64,000 nucleotides of DNA from Calditrichia bacterium. Its GTDB lineage: Bacteria; Calditrichota; Calditrichia; JAJRVZ01. Every line of letters starts with the position of its first letter. Positions within the stretch are counted from its first letter, which is position 1. The stretch is taken from NCBI GenBank assembly GCA_963796965.1, contig CAWCNS010000020.1:13794-77793 (forward strand), written 5' to 3'. Below, piece by piece: positions 54,848-64,000 of the stretch. Made by a program: the position numbers and the translations under genes. The notes under the pieces were generated by a model. It was not told the origin of the DNA, did no database searches, and worked only from the letters and a program-made list of their open reading frames with translations.

Positions 54848-56028
54848 ATGGCTAAAGCGATAGTTATGCCGCAGGTGGGTCAAGATATAGAAACAGCGAT
54901 TATTACTGAATGGTTGGTTAAAGAAAACGATAAAGTCAAAAAAGGTGATATCATTGCAGTGGTAGATTCAGATAAGGCATCTTTTGAGGTGGAGGTATTT
55001 GAATCTGGCACAATATTAAAGTTGCTTTATAAAGAGAAGGAAGAAGCACATGTTCTAGAACCAATTGCTTACATAGGTAAGCCCGGGGAAGATTTTGATA
55101 GTGATGATAATGTAGATGATAAACGAATAGCAAAAAAAATAGAAATATCTGAACACAGCAAAGAGAAGAAAGAAAAATTATCGGTGTATAAGCAACAATC
55201 CAGAATATTTGCCACACCTGCCGCAAAACGGGTAGCTAATATTAATAATATAGACCTTTCTGTTGTTATGGGAACAGGTCCCGGCGGACGTATTGTAAAA
55301 AATGATGTTTTGGCTCAGGTGGAAAATGAAGAAGTGGCTCAGGAGAAGGGAAGTACCATGGTGAAACTTTCTCAAAAATGCGCCGGAAAATTGCCGAACG
55401 TATGGTCAGGAGTAAGCAAACTATCCCACATTTTTATCTGTTTACTGAAGTCGATATGACCTGGGCATTAGAACAACTTACTGATTTTAACCAAATCTCT
55501 CCGGACAAAGTATCTATCAATGATTTGCTTATCAAAGCTTCTGCGGAAACGCTCGGGGAGTTCCCACGGATTAATTCTCATATTGAGGAAGATCGTATAA
55601 TTCACAAAGATGAAATTAATATTGGTGTTGCAGTATCTGTTGAGGGTGGTCTGCTTGTTCCCGTGATTTCAAATGCCGATAATAAAAATCTTACCGAAAT
55701 TGCCGCTGCATCCCGTAAAATTTCAGAGGAGGCTCAAAGGGGTAAATTGTCAGAATTTTTACCGGCAACATTTACTATCAGCAACCTGGGGATGTATGAA
55801 GTGAATAAATTCTTACCCATTATCAATCCACCGGAATGTGCAATTATGGGAGCAGGAAAAATAGAAAAGAGAATCGTGCCGCTTGATAAAAATATTACTG
55901 CTGTGCGTGAAATTCTTACATTAAGCTTGGCCTGCGATCATCGCGGGGTTGATGGTGTTTATGCGGCTCGCTTTTTGGAAAAGATGAAAAAATATTTGGA
56001 ACAAATACAAATTGGGAATGCGAAATAA
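54848..56028 (+). CDS. Dihydrolipoamide acyltransferase (E2); apparent frameshift near 55367
   Basis: Lipoyl motif SDKA, E3-binding ATPAAKR...GTGPGGRI and catalytic DHRGVDG. Confidence 0.9.
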
Positions 56029-56738
56029 TGAAAGCATTAATATTTGATTGTGATGGCGTACTGGCGGATACGGAGAGGGATGGGCACCGGGTTGCTTTTA
56101 ATAAGGCTTTTTCGGTAAAAGGCATTAATATTGAATGGGATGTTCAAATGTATGCCGAATTACTGAAAGTGGCTGGCGGAAAGGAAAGAATGAAATTTTA
56201 TTTTGATCAAAGTGGCTGGCCAGTTGAGATCAATAGGCGTGAAAATTTAGTTAAAGAATTGCATAAATTAAAAACAGACCTGTATATGAATATAATTGAA
56301 TCAGGTGAACTACCTCTGCGTCCCGGTATTGCAAGGATTGTGGACGAGGCTATTGCTGGCGGTGTAATGTTGGCTGTGTGTTCCACTTCCAATGAGCGGG
56401 CAGTGACCTTGGTAGTAGAAAAACTATTAGGTCCGGATAGGCAAAAATGTTTTAGTGCTATTCTGGCCGGGGACGTTGTGTCCAAGAAAAAACCGGATCC
56501 GGAAATATATAATCTGGCACTTAAACGGTTGTCATTGGATCCGAAAGTATGCATCGTAATAGAGGACAGTCGCAATGGATTTTTGGCCGCCAGATCTGCC
56601 GGTATACATTGTCTTATAACAACAAACGGATACACAGAGTCTGAAGATTTTTCCGGGGCGGATTTGGTTGTCTCCGAACTGGGTGATCCACCGAATGTTC
56701 ATATTAAACTGGATGATTTAAAAAGACTGATCGCATAA
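56028..56738 (+). CDS. HAD-IA phosphatase, CbbY-like
   Basis: FDCDGVLADTERDGHRVAFN, GGKER, KKPDP.IY and IEDS motifs. Confidence 0.85.
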   Translation: MKALIFDCDGVLADTERDGHRVAFNKAFSVKGINIEWDVQMYAELLKVAGGKERMKFYFDQSGWPVEINRRENLVKELHKLKTDLYMNIIESGELPLRPGIARIVDEAIAGGVMLAVCSTSNERAVTLVVEKLLGPDRQKCFSAILAGDVVSKKKPDPEIYNLALKRLSLDPKVCIVIEDSRNGFLAARSAGIHCLITTNGYTESEDFSGADLVVSELGDPPNVHIKLDDLKRLIA

Positions 56739-56916
56739 ATGATAGTAGTGAAATTTATAGGTAAATATGAAAAAAATAATATAAATCGTTTTTAAACTAT
56801 GCAACTCTGCGTTAGAAAAGAATCGTAATATAGAAAAACCATATAGCGTTTATTGATATTGTAATTGTCCCGATTTGTTGGGATGAAACTACAACTTAAA
56901 AGGATTAGGAGATAAA

Positions 56917-57561
56917 ATGAAGATTTTTATGGATACAGGTGATGTGGAAGCGATCAGGAAAGCATACGATACGGGTATGGTTGACGGTGTCACTACTAAT
57001 CCTACACATATCGCCAAATCAGGTCGGAAATTTAAGGATGTCGTAAAAGAAATTTGTTCTATTGTCACCGGGCCGGTCAGTGCTGAGGCGATGGGTGAGA
57101 GAGCAGAAGATCTGATTCAGGCAGCTGAAGATATCTCTCAAATTGCATCAAATATTGTGGTTAAGATTCCTATGAATCCCGAAGGGCTTAAGGCTGTACC
57201 TGTGCTGGAGAGTAAGGGTATAAAAACAAATGTTACGATGATCTTCTCTTCAACACAATGCGCTTTGGCGATGAAAGCAGGGGCTACCTTTGTTAGCATT
57301 GTTTTATCTAGACTGGATGCTATTGCCAATGAGAGTTATATTCTGATAGAAGATTCTGTGATCATTAAACATAATTATGGCTTTAAATCGGAAATTTTAG
57401 CCGCCAGTTTAAAAACACAAAACCATGTCCTGTCTTCTCTTCGGGCAGGAGCCGATATCATAACCATCCCTGATGCACTTTTGTTTCAAATGTATAAACA
57501 TCCGTTAACCACGGCCGGTCTTGATCAATTCAAAATGGACTGGGAAAAAGTACAAAAGTAG
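56917..57561 (+). CDS. Transaldolase / fructose-6-phosphate aldolase family protein
   Basis: FMDT, GVTTNPT, VVKIP, NVTMIFS and HPLT.AGL motifs. Confidence 0.9.
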   Translation: MKIFMDTGDVEAIRKAYDTGMVDGVTTNPTHIAKSGRKFKDVVKEICSIVTGPVSAEAMGERAEDLIQAAEDISQIASNIVVKIPMNPEGLKAVPVLESKGIKTNVTMIFSSTQCALAMKAGATFVSIVLSRLDAIANESYILIEDSVIIKHNYGFKSEILAASLKTQNHVLSSLRAGADIITIPDALLFQMYKHPLTTAGLDQFKMDWEKVQK

Positions 57562-57651
57562 AGTGGAACAGGCCGTCACTCAGCCGAAAGGGTGAGCTCT
57601 GGGATCTCTGAGGTTGATTATTATACTATCAAATAAATGAAGGAGTAAATA

Positions 57652-58002
57652 ATGGCAGATCGCCCTCTAATTATAAAACGTCCCTGGGGACAGTACCGTG
57701 AATATGCTAGAAATGAGCCCTGCACGGTTTGGATAGTAGAAATGAAAGCGGGTGAGCAGGGCAGTCTCCAATCTCATATAAATTTTGATGAATTGTGGGT
57801 CATGCTTACAGATGGTGGTGAAGTGCAGATTGGAGATAAAGTGATTCAAACAAAGGCCGGTGATGAGATCTTTATCCCCCGGCAAACAAAGCATCGTCTG
57901 AGCAATCGTAGTGGCAATCAACTACGGATGTTCGAAGTGGCTTATGGGGATGTGCAGGATAATGATAAAGTAAGATACGATGATAAATATGGGCGAGCAT
58001 AG
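57652..58002 (+). CDS. Cupin, phosphomannose isomerase type II C-terminal-like
   Basis: RPWG, SLQSH, E.W, KHRL and RYDDKYGR motifs. Confidence 0.8.
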   Translation: MADRPLIIKRPWGQYREYARNEPCTVWIVEMKAGEQGSLQSHINFDELWVMLTDGGEVQIGDKVIQTKAGDEIFIPRQTKHRLSNRSGNQLRMFEVAYGDVQDNDKVRYDDKYGRA

Positions 58003-58036
58003 ATCAGAATTTTGATTGAAGGAGTAATTAATTCAC

Positions 58037-59009
58037 ATGTCTGTTGAACCAAAACCGGTCCTCTGCATAGGAGACCTTACCACAGATATTGTTGCCACCC
58101 CCCTAAAGCGGCTTCCGGTTCCCGGGGAGTCCATTTTAACAGAAAAGATAGCCATCTATCCGGGAGGTAATTCCCTGAATACAGCAATCGCCCTGCGTCA
58201 TTTGGGAGACCAGGTAACCATTGGCGGCAGCGTAGGTGACGATGCCCTGGGTACCTTGCTTCTGAACCAGTCTGCAAGAACTGGGGCTGGATGCCCGTGG
58301 TGTACGGCGGGAAACCGGGGAGACCACAGCATCGACATTTATTCTGCGTGCTGAGGGAGAAGACAGATGTTTCATCAGTTCTCTGGGTGTGGGCGAACGA
58401 TTTACCGGCGAGCACATATCAATGGATCTAATCCCTGACAATGGTATTGTATTGGTGGGAGGTTATCTGAAACTGCCTGCCTGGGACGATGATCTCCTGG
58501 TTGATTTCCTTCGTCAGGCACGAAAGAAAAATAATAAGATTGTACTTAATGTTTGTGTCGTCCAAAACAATGGTGTAAATCCGAGACGCTGTTTACCCCT
58601 GCTCAAATATGTGGATGTTTTCCTGCCCAATCAAGACGAGGCCAGCGCTATCACGGGCGAGCCGGAACCGAATAATCAGGTGAAAGTATTGCAGAAAGCG
58701 GGAGCAGGCTTAGCGGTGATCACAAGAGGTTCAAAGGGACTTTATGCTTTTGATGGTAAGACGATCGTAAAGATGGGAAGTTTCCGGGTGCCTGTCGTAG
58801 ATCCTTCGGGATGTGGTGACTGTTTTACAGCAGGACTTTTAGCTGCCCTGCGTCGTGGCTGGGACATCGATTCGATGCTTAAATTCGGTAGTGCTGTTGG
58901 TGCTATCGGAGTGACATTTCTGGGATGCACCAGTGGGGTGCCCCCTTTTGGGGAGGTGCAGAAATTTATGGATAAAAACAGGATTCAAATATCAGTTAGC
59001 TCTGTTTAG
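58037..59009 (+). CDS. PfkB-family carbohydrate kinase; apparent frameshift near 58271
   Basis: PGGNSLNTA, VGDDALG, PN..EA and DPSGCGDCFTAG motifs. Confidence 0.88.
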
Positions 59010-59107
59010 CCTGATCAATTAATAAGGCAGCGCAAGGATGCGCCCACTGGCTTAGATAAAGGGTGAGTTATTAATGATTGTTCATATAGTAACAGGAATA
59101 AAAGTAT

Positions 59108-60156
59108 ATGAAGAAAATTAAAGGACCGGGTATTTTCCTCGCCCAGTTTTTTCGGGATGAAGCGCCCTATAATAATTTGGAAAATATCTCAGAATGGTTT
59201 TCCGGATTAGGGTACAAGGGACTTCAGGTCCCAACCTGGGACAGTCGTGTTTTTGATCTTGAGAAAGCGTCTGAATCGAAAAACTATTGTGAGGAAATTA
59301 AGGGATCACTTAAAATCAATAATCTTGAAATATCAGAACTAGCATCACACCTTCAGGGTCAGGTTCTTGCCATGAATAACGTATATAAGGAAGCTTTTTT
59401 GCTTTCTATCCCCCAGGTCTTAATGATCAACAGGTGATCGAATGGGCAACCGATCAACTTAAGAAATCAGTTTCAGCATCTGTCAATTTAGGGTTAAAAA
59501 CGATTCCGGTCCTTTCAGGTGGATTTGCCTGGCATATGGTCTACCCCTGGCCGCAGCGACCTGATGGTTTGATTGAAACAGCCTTTGCCGAACTTTTCAA
59601 ACGATGGAAACCTATTCTTGACTTTGCAGAAGAAAAAGGGGTTTCAATTGCCTATGAACTACACCCCGGTTCCGATTTGTTTGATGGGGCAACTTTCGAA
59701 AAATTCTTAGATATTTCAAACGGACATCCCGCTATCCGTATTAATTATGACCCCAGTCATTTTTTATTACAGCAATTAGATTACTGTAGATTTATTGAAT
59801 TGTATGGAGATAGGATTTCAGCATTTCACGTTAAAGATGCGGAATTTATCCCAAATGGAAGAGTTGGCGTATATGGTGGATATGAGTCATGGAAAAAAAG
59901 GGCCGGCAGGTTCAGGTCTCTTGGCGATGGGCAGGTGGATTTTAAACGGGTGTTTACCCTGCTCACCGAAGCAGGTTTCGACGGGTGGGCTGTTTTGGAA
60001 TGGGAATGCTGCATTAAAAGCCCGGAACAGGGTGCCCGAGAGGGCGCTCCCTTTATCGCCGATCACATTATTGAAGTTACGGATGAGGCTTTTGATGATT
60101 TTGCCGGAGGTGAAGCAAATGACCAGATAAACAGGAAAATTCTTGGCTTGGACTGA
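59108..60156 (+). CDS. Sugar-phosphate isomerase/epimerase (xylose-isomerase-like TIM barrel); apparent frameshift near 59395
   Basis: YELHPG, NYDPSH, FHVKDAE, FRSLGDG and VLEWE metal-ligand motifs. Confidence 0.85.
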
Positions 60157-60254
60157 TCAGCCTTGTACTGTGGTATTCTATTGTAGTCAAAAACTTTGTT
60201 ATTTCCGCGATAGCAGATCGCCTGTGGAGATTAGCAAAATTATAAAAAACTTTT

Positions 60255-60418
60255 GTCCACGAATTATCAGTCGAAGCCGGATCAGGCTTTGACGGACACT
60301 GATTTGCACGGATTAAAACTAAAATAATTATAATTTTTAAATAAAATCCGTGTCAATCCGTGTCAATCCGTGAAATCTGTGGACTATATTTTTCTTGGTT
60401 TGCGGCCAAAGGCCGCGC
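60255..60418. repeat. Intergenic inverted array of AATCCGTG-type repeats with terminal GC hairpin
   Basis: gtccacgaatt...cactgatttgcacggatt faces (aatccgtgtc)2-aatccgtga-aatctgtggac, followed by GCGGCC-AAA-GGCCGC. Confidence 0.65.
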
Positions 60419-60459
60419 TCTGTATAGATTAAGTTAAATAAACTAGGGAGGAGATTCAG

Positions 60460-61590
60460 ATGGCGAAGGAAATAAATATTGGTATTGTAGGCACTGCTTT
60501 TATGGGCAGAGCTCACAGCAATGCTTATTTGGATGTGGCCCATTATTTTACCTTACCGACAAAACCGGTCATGCGTGCCGCCTGTGATGTAAATCCGGAA
60601 TCTCTTGATGCATTAGTAAAAAAATATGGCTGGCAGACGAAAGAATCATCCTGGGAAAAACTGGTTGAAAGGGATGATATAGATCTTATTGATATTTGCA
60701 CATCCAATCTTACCCATAAAGATATTGCTGTGGCTGCGGCTAAAAATGGTAAGCATGTCATTTGTGAAAAACCGCTCTGCATGAATGCCGGTGAAGCACG
60801 GGAAATGCTGGATGCGGCAGAAGAGGCCGGTGTGCGGCACATGACGGCCTTTAACTACCGTCGTGTGCCGGCTATCGTTCTGGCAAAAAAATTGATAGAA
60901 GAAGAAAAAATAGGGAAAATACATCATTTTAATGCGGTGTATTATCAAGATTGGCTCGTGGATCCGAATTTCCCATATGTATGGCGCCATGATATCAAGG
61001 AAGGCGGTTCCGGGGCACATGGTGATATGAATGCCCATACGGCAGATCTGGCCCGATTTCTCGTAGGAGAAATTGACGCAGTCTGTGCTGTAGAAGAGGT
61101 TTTTATCAAGGAACGTCAAAAAAGTGATGGAAGCGGCGTGGGAACAGTAACTGCCGATGATGCGATGCTGTTTCTCGCCAGATTTACTAACGGTGCCCTG
61201 GGTAATTTTATGGCCACACGTTTCGCTACAGGGAGAAAAAATTACATGCGATTTGAGATCTTTGGCAGCGAAGGAAGTATAAATTTCAATCTTGAAAGAA
61301 TGAACGAGTTAGAATACTTCTCTCGAAAAGATACAGGCACAGAACAAGGTTTCAGAAATATCATGGTAACGGAAGCAGATCATCCCTATCTTGATATGTG
61401 GTGGCCGCCGGGTCACATAATCGGTTGGGAACATACTTTTATTCATGAGATTGGCGATTTACTTCTTGCCATCGATAAGAAAGAATCTGTTAAAGCTGAT
61501 TTTTATGACGGCTTGCGCTGCCAACTTTTGCTTGACGCGGTCTCCCAATCAGCAAAGAAGAATAAATGGGTAGTAATCCCTGAAAAATAA
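60460..61590 (+). CDS. Gfo/Idh/MocA oxidoreductase (levoglucosan-dehydrogenase-like subgroup)
   Basis: G..FMGRAHS, CEKP, FNYRRVPA, YYQDW, GA.GD..AH and WWPPGHIIGWEHTF motifs. Confidence 0.88.
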   Translation: MAKEINIGIVGTAFMGRAHSNAYLDVAHYFTLPTKPVMRAACDVNPESLDALVKKYGWQTKESSWEKLVERDDIDLIDICTSNLTHKDIAVAAAKNGKHVICEKPLCMNAGEAREMLDAAEEAGVRHMTAFNYRRVPAIVLAKKLIEEEKIGKIHHFNAVYYQDWLVDPNFPYVWRHDIKEGGSGAHGDMNAHTADLARFLVGEIDAVCAVEEVFIKERQKSDGSGVGTVTADDAMLFLARFTNGALGNFMATRFATGRKNYMRFEIFGSEGSINFNLERMNELEYFSRKDTGTEQGFRNIMVTEADHPYLDMWWPPGHIIGWEHTFIHEIGDLLLAIDKKESVKADFYDGLRCQLLLDAVSQSAKKNKWVVIPEK

Positions 61591-61670
61591 AAAATATTGT
61601 ATTTTTGTTCTGTAATATCAAATAGAAATGAACTAGTAAGGGCGGATTAAAAATGAAAGTAACTAGTACC

Positions 61671-61901
61671 ATGAAAAAATGGCTGGTATACAATGCAGCA
61701 TTGTAAGTAATCCTTTTAATTTCAACGACAGGCTGTACAGAGGGAACACAGGAATATGAAGACGCGGGCTTAATTGATAAAGTGCAAAAATTAGAAATAA
61801 ATAAGTGGACAAGACACCATATTGCTGATTTGCCGGATCGGTCTATGTATGTTCAGGCCGCTGATGTGGATGACGATGGGGATAATGATATCATTATTTA
61901 A
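61671..61901 (+). pseudogene. N-terminal remnant of an FG-GAP lipoprotein abutting kdgK
   Basis: MKKWLVYNAAL*VILLISTTGC...WTRHHIADLPDRSMYVQAADVDDDGDNDIII*, with one in-frame stop. Confidence 0.6.
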
Positions 61902-61936
61902 AAAATAGATCTCAATACAAATTCGATATTCTCTCC

Positions 61937-62983
61937 TTGGGAGAAATCACGATACGTTTTGATCCAGGAGATACCAGAATTCATACAGCCAGGTCATTTC
62001 GCGTCTGGGAAGGTGGGGGAGAATATAATGTTGCCAGAGGATTGAAGCGGTGTTTTGGCCAGAGAGCAGCAGTGGTTACTGCTATTGTGGATAATCCGAT
62101 TGGCAGATTATTAGAGGATTTGATATTCCAAGGTGGCGTTACGACTGAATATATTAAATGGAAGGCTTTTGATGGCATCGGTCGAGAATCGCGTGTAGGA
62201 ATCAACTTTACAGAACGCGGTTTGGGAGTAAGAGCTGCACTGGGATGTTCAGACCGCGGACATACGGCCGCCTCGCAATTGAAAAAAGGTGATGTTGACT
62301 GGCATCAGATATTTGCTGAAGATGGTGTGCGATGGTTTCACAGGGGTGGTATTTTTGCTGCACTCTCAGAGACGACCCCCGAACTGATTATAGAAGCCTG
62401 TCAGATTGCCCGTGAAAATGGCACGATTGTTTCCTATGATCTGAATTACCGACCATCATTGTGGAAAGAGAGCGGAGGTATTAAAAGGGCTCAGGAGGTA
62501 AATAGGGAAATTGCCAAATTTGTCGATGTGATGCTGGGAAATGAAGAAGACTTCATGGCCTGCCTTGGATTTAAAATGCCCGGTTTAGATAAGGCGATCT
62601 CAAAAATTGATCCTTGTAATTTCAAAACAATGATTGAAAAAGTGATGAAAACCTATCCGCATTTCAAAGCGGTAGCAACCATATTGAGGAATGCAAAAAC
62701 AGCCACGGTCAACGACTGGGGTGCTGTCTTATACATGGATGGACAATCCTATGATGCCACATTGCGTGAGAATATGGAAATAAACGATCGGGTTGGTGGT
62801 GGTGATTCATTTGCCTCCGGTTTAATTTATGGCTTGCTGGAAGGAAAATCCCCTGAAGAGGCAGTAAATTATGGAGCCGCCCATGGGGCATTAGCGATGA
62901 CTACGCCGGGTGATACGACCATGGCACGTTTATCAGAGGTCGAAAAAGTGATGAAAGGTGGCGGGGCACGTGTAGACAGATGA
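61937..62983 (+). CDS. kdgK: 2-keto-3-deoxygluconate kinase (PfkB family); native start may be lost
   Basis: GGGEYNVA, SYDLNYRPSLW, GNEEDF and DRVGGGDSFASG motifs; adjacent to eda. Confidence 0.78.
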   Translation: MGEITIRFDPGDTRIHTARSFRVWEGGGEYNVARGLKRCFGQRAAVVTAIVDNPIGRLLEDLIFQGGVTTEYIKWKAFDGIGRESRVGINFTERGLGVRAALGCSDRGHTAASQLKKGDVDWHQIFAEDGVRWFHRGGIFAALSETTPELIIEACQIARENGTIVSYDLNYRPSLWKESGGIKRAQEVNREIAKFVDVMLGNEEDFMACLGFKMPGLDKAISKIDPCNFKTMIEKVMKTYPHFKAVATILRNAKTATVNDWGAVLYMDGQSYDATLRENMEINDRVGGGDSFASGLIYGLLEGKSPEEAVNYGAAHGALAMTTPGDTTMARLSEVEKVMKGGGARVDR

Positions 62984-63012
62984 CATTCTTACAACTTGAG
63001 AGGATTAATCTA

Positions 63013-63708
63013 ATGAACGAAATAAAGGCTAAAATCAATGAGAACAAAATAATTCCGGTTGTTGCAATTGAAAAAATGGATAATGTAATACCTCTTGCTG
63101 ACGCCTTAATAAAAGGTGGATTGCCACTGATTGAGATTACCTTTCGTACAAAGATTGCATCTGAGGCAATAAATCTAATACAGAAGGAAAGACCGGAAAT
63201 GCTTCTTGGTGCAGGTACAGTTTTAACAAGAGACGAGTTGAAAGCAGCCATGGATAATGGTGCGGCCTTTGGAGTTTCACCCGGATTTAATCCCAGAATA
63301 GTTTAAGAGGCGCTAAAGAACAATTTTCTTTTTATGCCAGGAATTTTGACACCATTTGACCTGGAGGCTGCATTATCGATGGGATTAAATGTATTTAAAT
63401 TTTTTCCCGCTGAAGCAGCCGGGGGAGTGACCTATTTAAAAAATCTTTCAGCTCCCTATTCCCACAAAAACATTCAGTTTATCCCAACTGGTGGGATCAA
63501 TATTGATAACCTAAAGGATTATTTAGAACTGAATGAAGTACTGGCCGTAGGAGGAACTTGGATAGCGAAAAAGGTAGATATCGAAAACGGGCAGTGGGAT
63601 ATGATTGTAGAAAAATGCCAGATTGCAAAAAGCCTGATAGATTCGAATAACCAATTTCTATTGAAAATCCTCATTATCGTGTTAAGTATGACAAATCTGA
63701 TCAGGTGA
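63013..63708 (+). pseudogene. eda: KDPG/KHG aldolase with an in-frame TAA at 63304-63306
   Basis: EITFRT, GAGTVL, VSPG, PG..TP, KFFPA and PTGG motifs. The two ORFs are in the same frame, separated by one stop codon. Confidence 0.75.
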
Positions 63709-64000
63709 CATATAGGTGACAGATGATGGTGGGGACTATATTGGAATATACTGGATATATTTGGATAAAACCAGAATAAGCGTTTTGACTTCTACCTAAT
63801 TTTTATATGTTGTTTTTATTAGAGTTACGGCTTAGTGAAACGTTCTTTTAAGCCGTGTGCTAAAATAGTACTTATGAAAACCATCAAACTGCAACTATTC
63901 TAACTTATTCTCTCAAAATTATTGACTCATATGGATTATGCCATCATCGTTCAGAAATAATAATCAAAGGGGGGCAAGCTAATGTCGTCTCTAAAATTGT

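Noticed and set aside
56028..56738. Calvin cycle inferred from CbbY-like HAD and class II aldolase
   Set aside because: No RuBisCO or phosphoribulokinase is in the window, and the context is sugar catabolism.
5165..60156. Mass pseudogenisation or programmed frameshifting of the split genes
   Set aside because: The indels sit on AGCT/TCGA, catalytic motifs are intact and no slippery sites are shared; sequencing error is more parsimonious.
60345..60384. CRISPR array
   Set aside because: The repeats are 9-10 nt and contiguous, with no spacers and no cas genes.
2025..63251. Numerous short antisense or overlapping ORFs in the track (e.g. 5446-6186, 13710-14258, 23905-24585, 60646-61119)
   Set aside because: They are shadows of well-supported genes on the other strand or frame and have no recognisable motifs.
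63982..64000. Possible start of the next CDS after a G-rich RBS
   Set aside because: Only six codons are visible.

Overview
AT-rich bacterial window, probably from a non-Bacteroidia FCB-group lineage such as KSB1 or Calditrichota (inferred only from the NYPNPFNP-type C-terminal sorting domains, the TonB receptor architecture and a PorV/PorQ-like gene). Almost all 64 kb is one glycan-utilisation island. It holds two GH28 enzymes (one fused to a Ser hydrolase), GH88, GH20, GH3, a beta-helix protein, DUF4861 and DUF1961 proteins, a SusD-less TonB receptor / CTD protein / PorV-like triad, tandemly duplicated CBM-like CTD proteins, four FG-GAP propellers and three paralogues of an unrecognised His-rich secreted family. 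A cytoplasmic set comprises 2-oxoacid/acetoin-dehydrogenase-type E1a/E1b/E2, class II aldolase, CbbY-like HAD, transaldolase, cupin, PfkB kinase, TIM-barrel isomerase, Gfo/Idh/MocA, KdgK and Eda. A GntR/UTRA regulator is present, and a repeated GCACTAAC operator abuts at least five sigma70-like promoters. The island also carries many gene remnants, a duplicated BASS-gntR-E1a block with reciprocal gene loss and an internally deleted IS200. About 21 apparent frameshifts map to AGCT (19) or TCGA (2), which suggests methylation-driven long-read errors rather than pseudogenes. No rRNA, tRNA or CRISPR array was seen. All family calls come from motif recognition by eye, not database searches.
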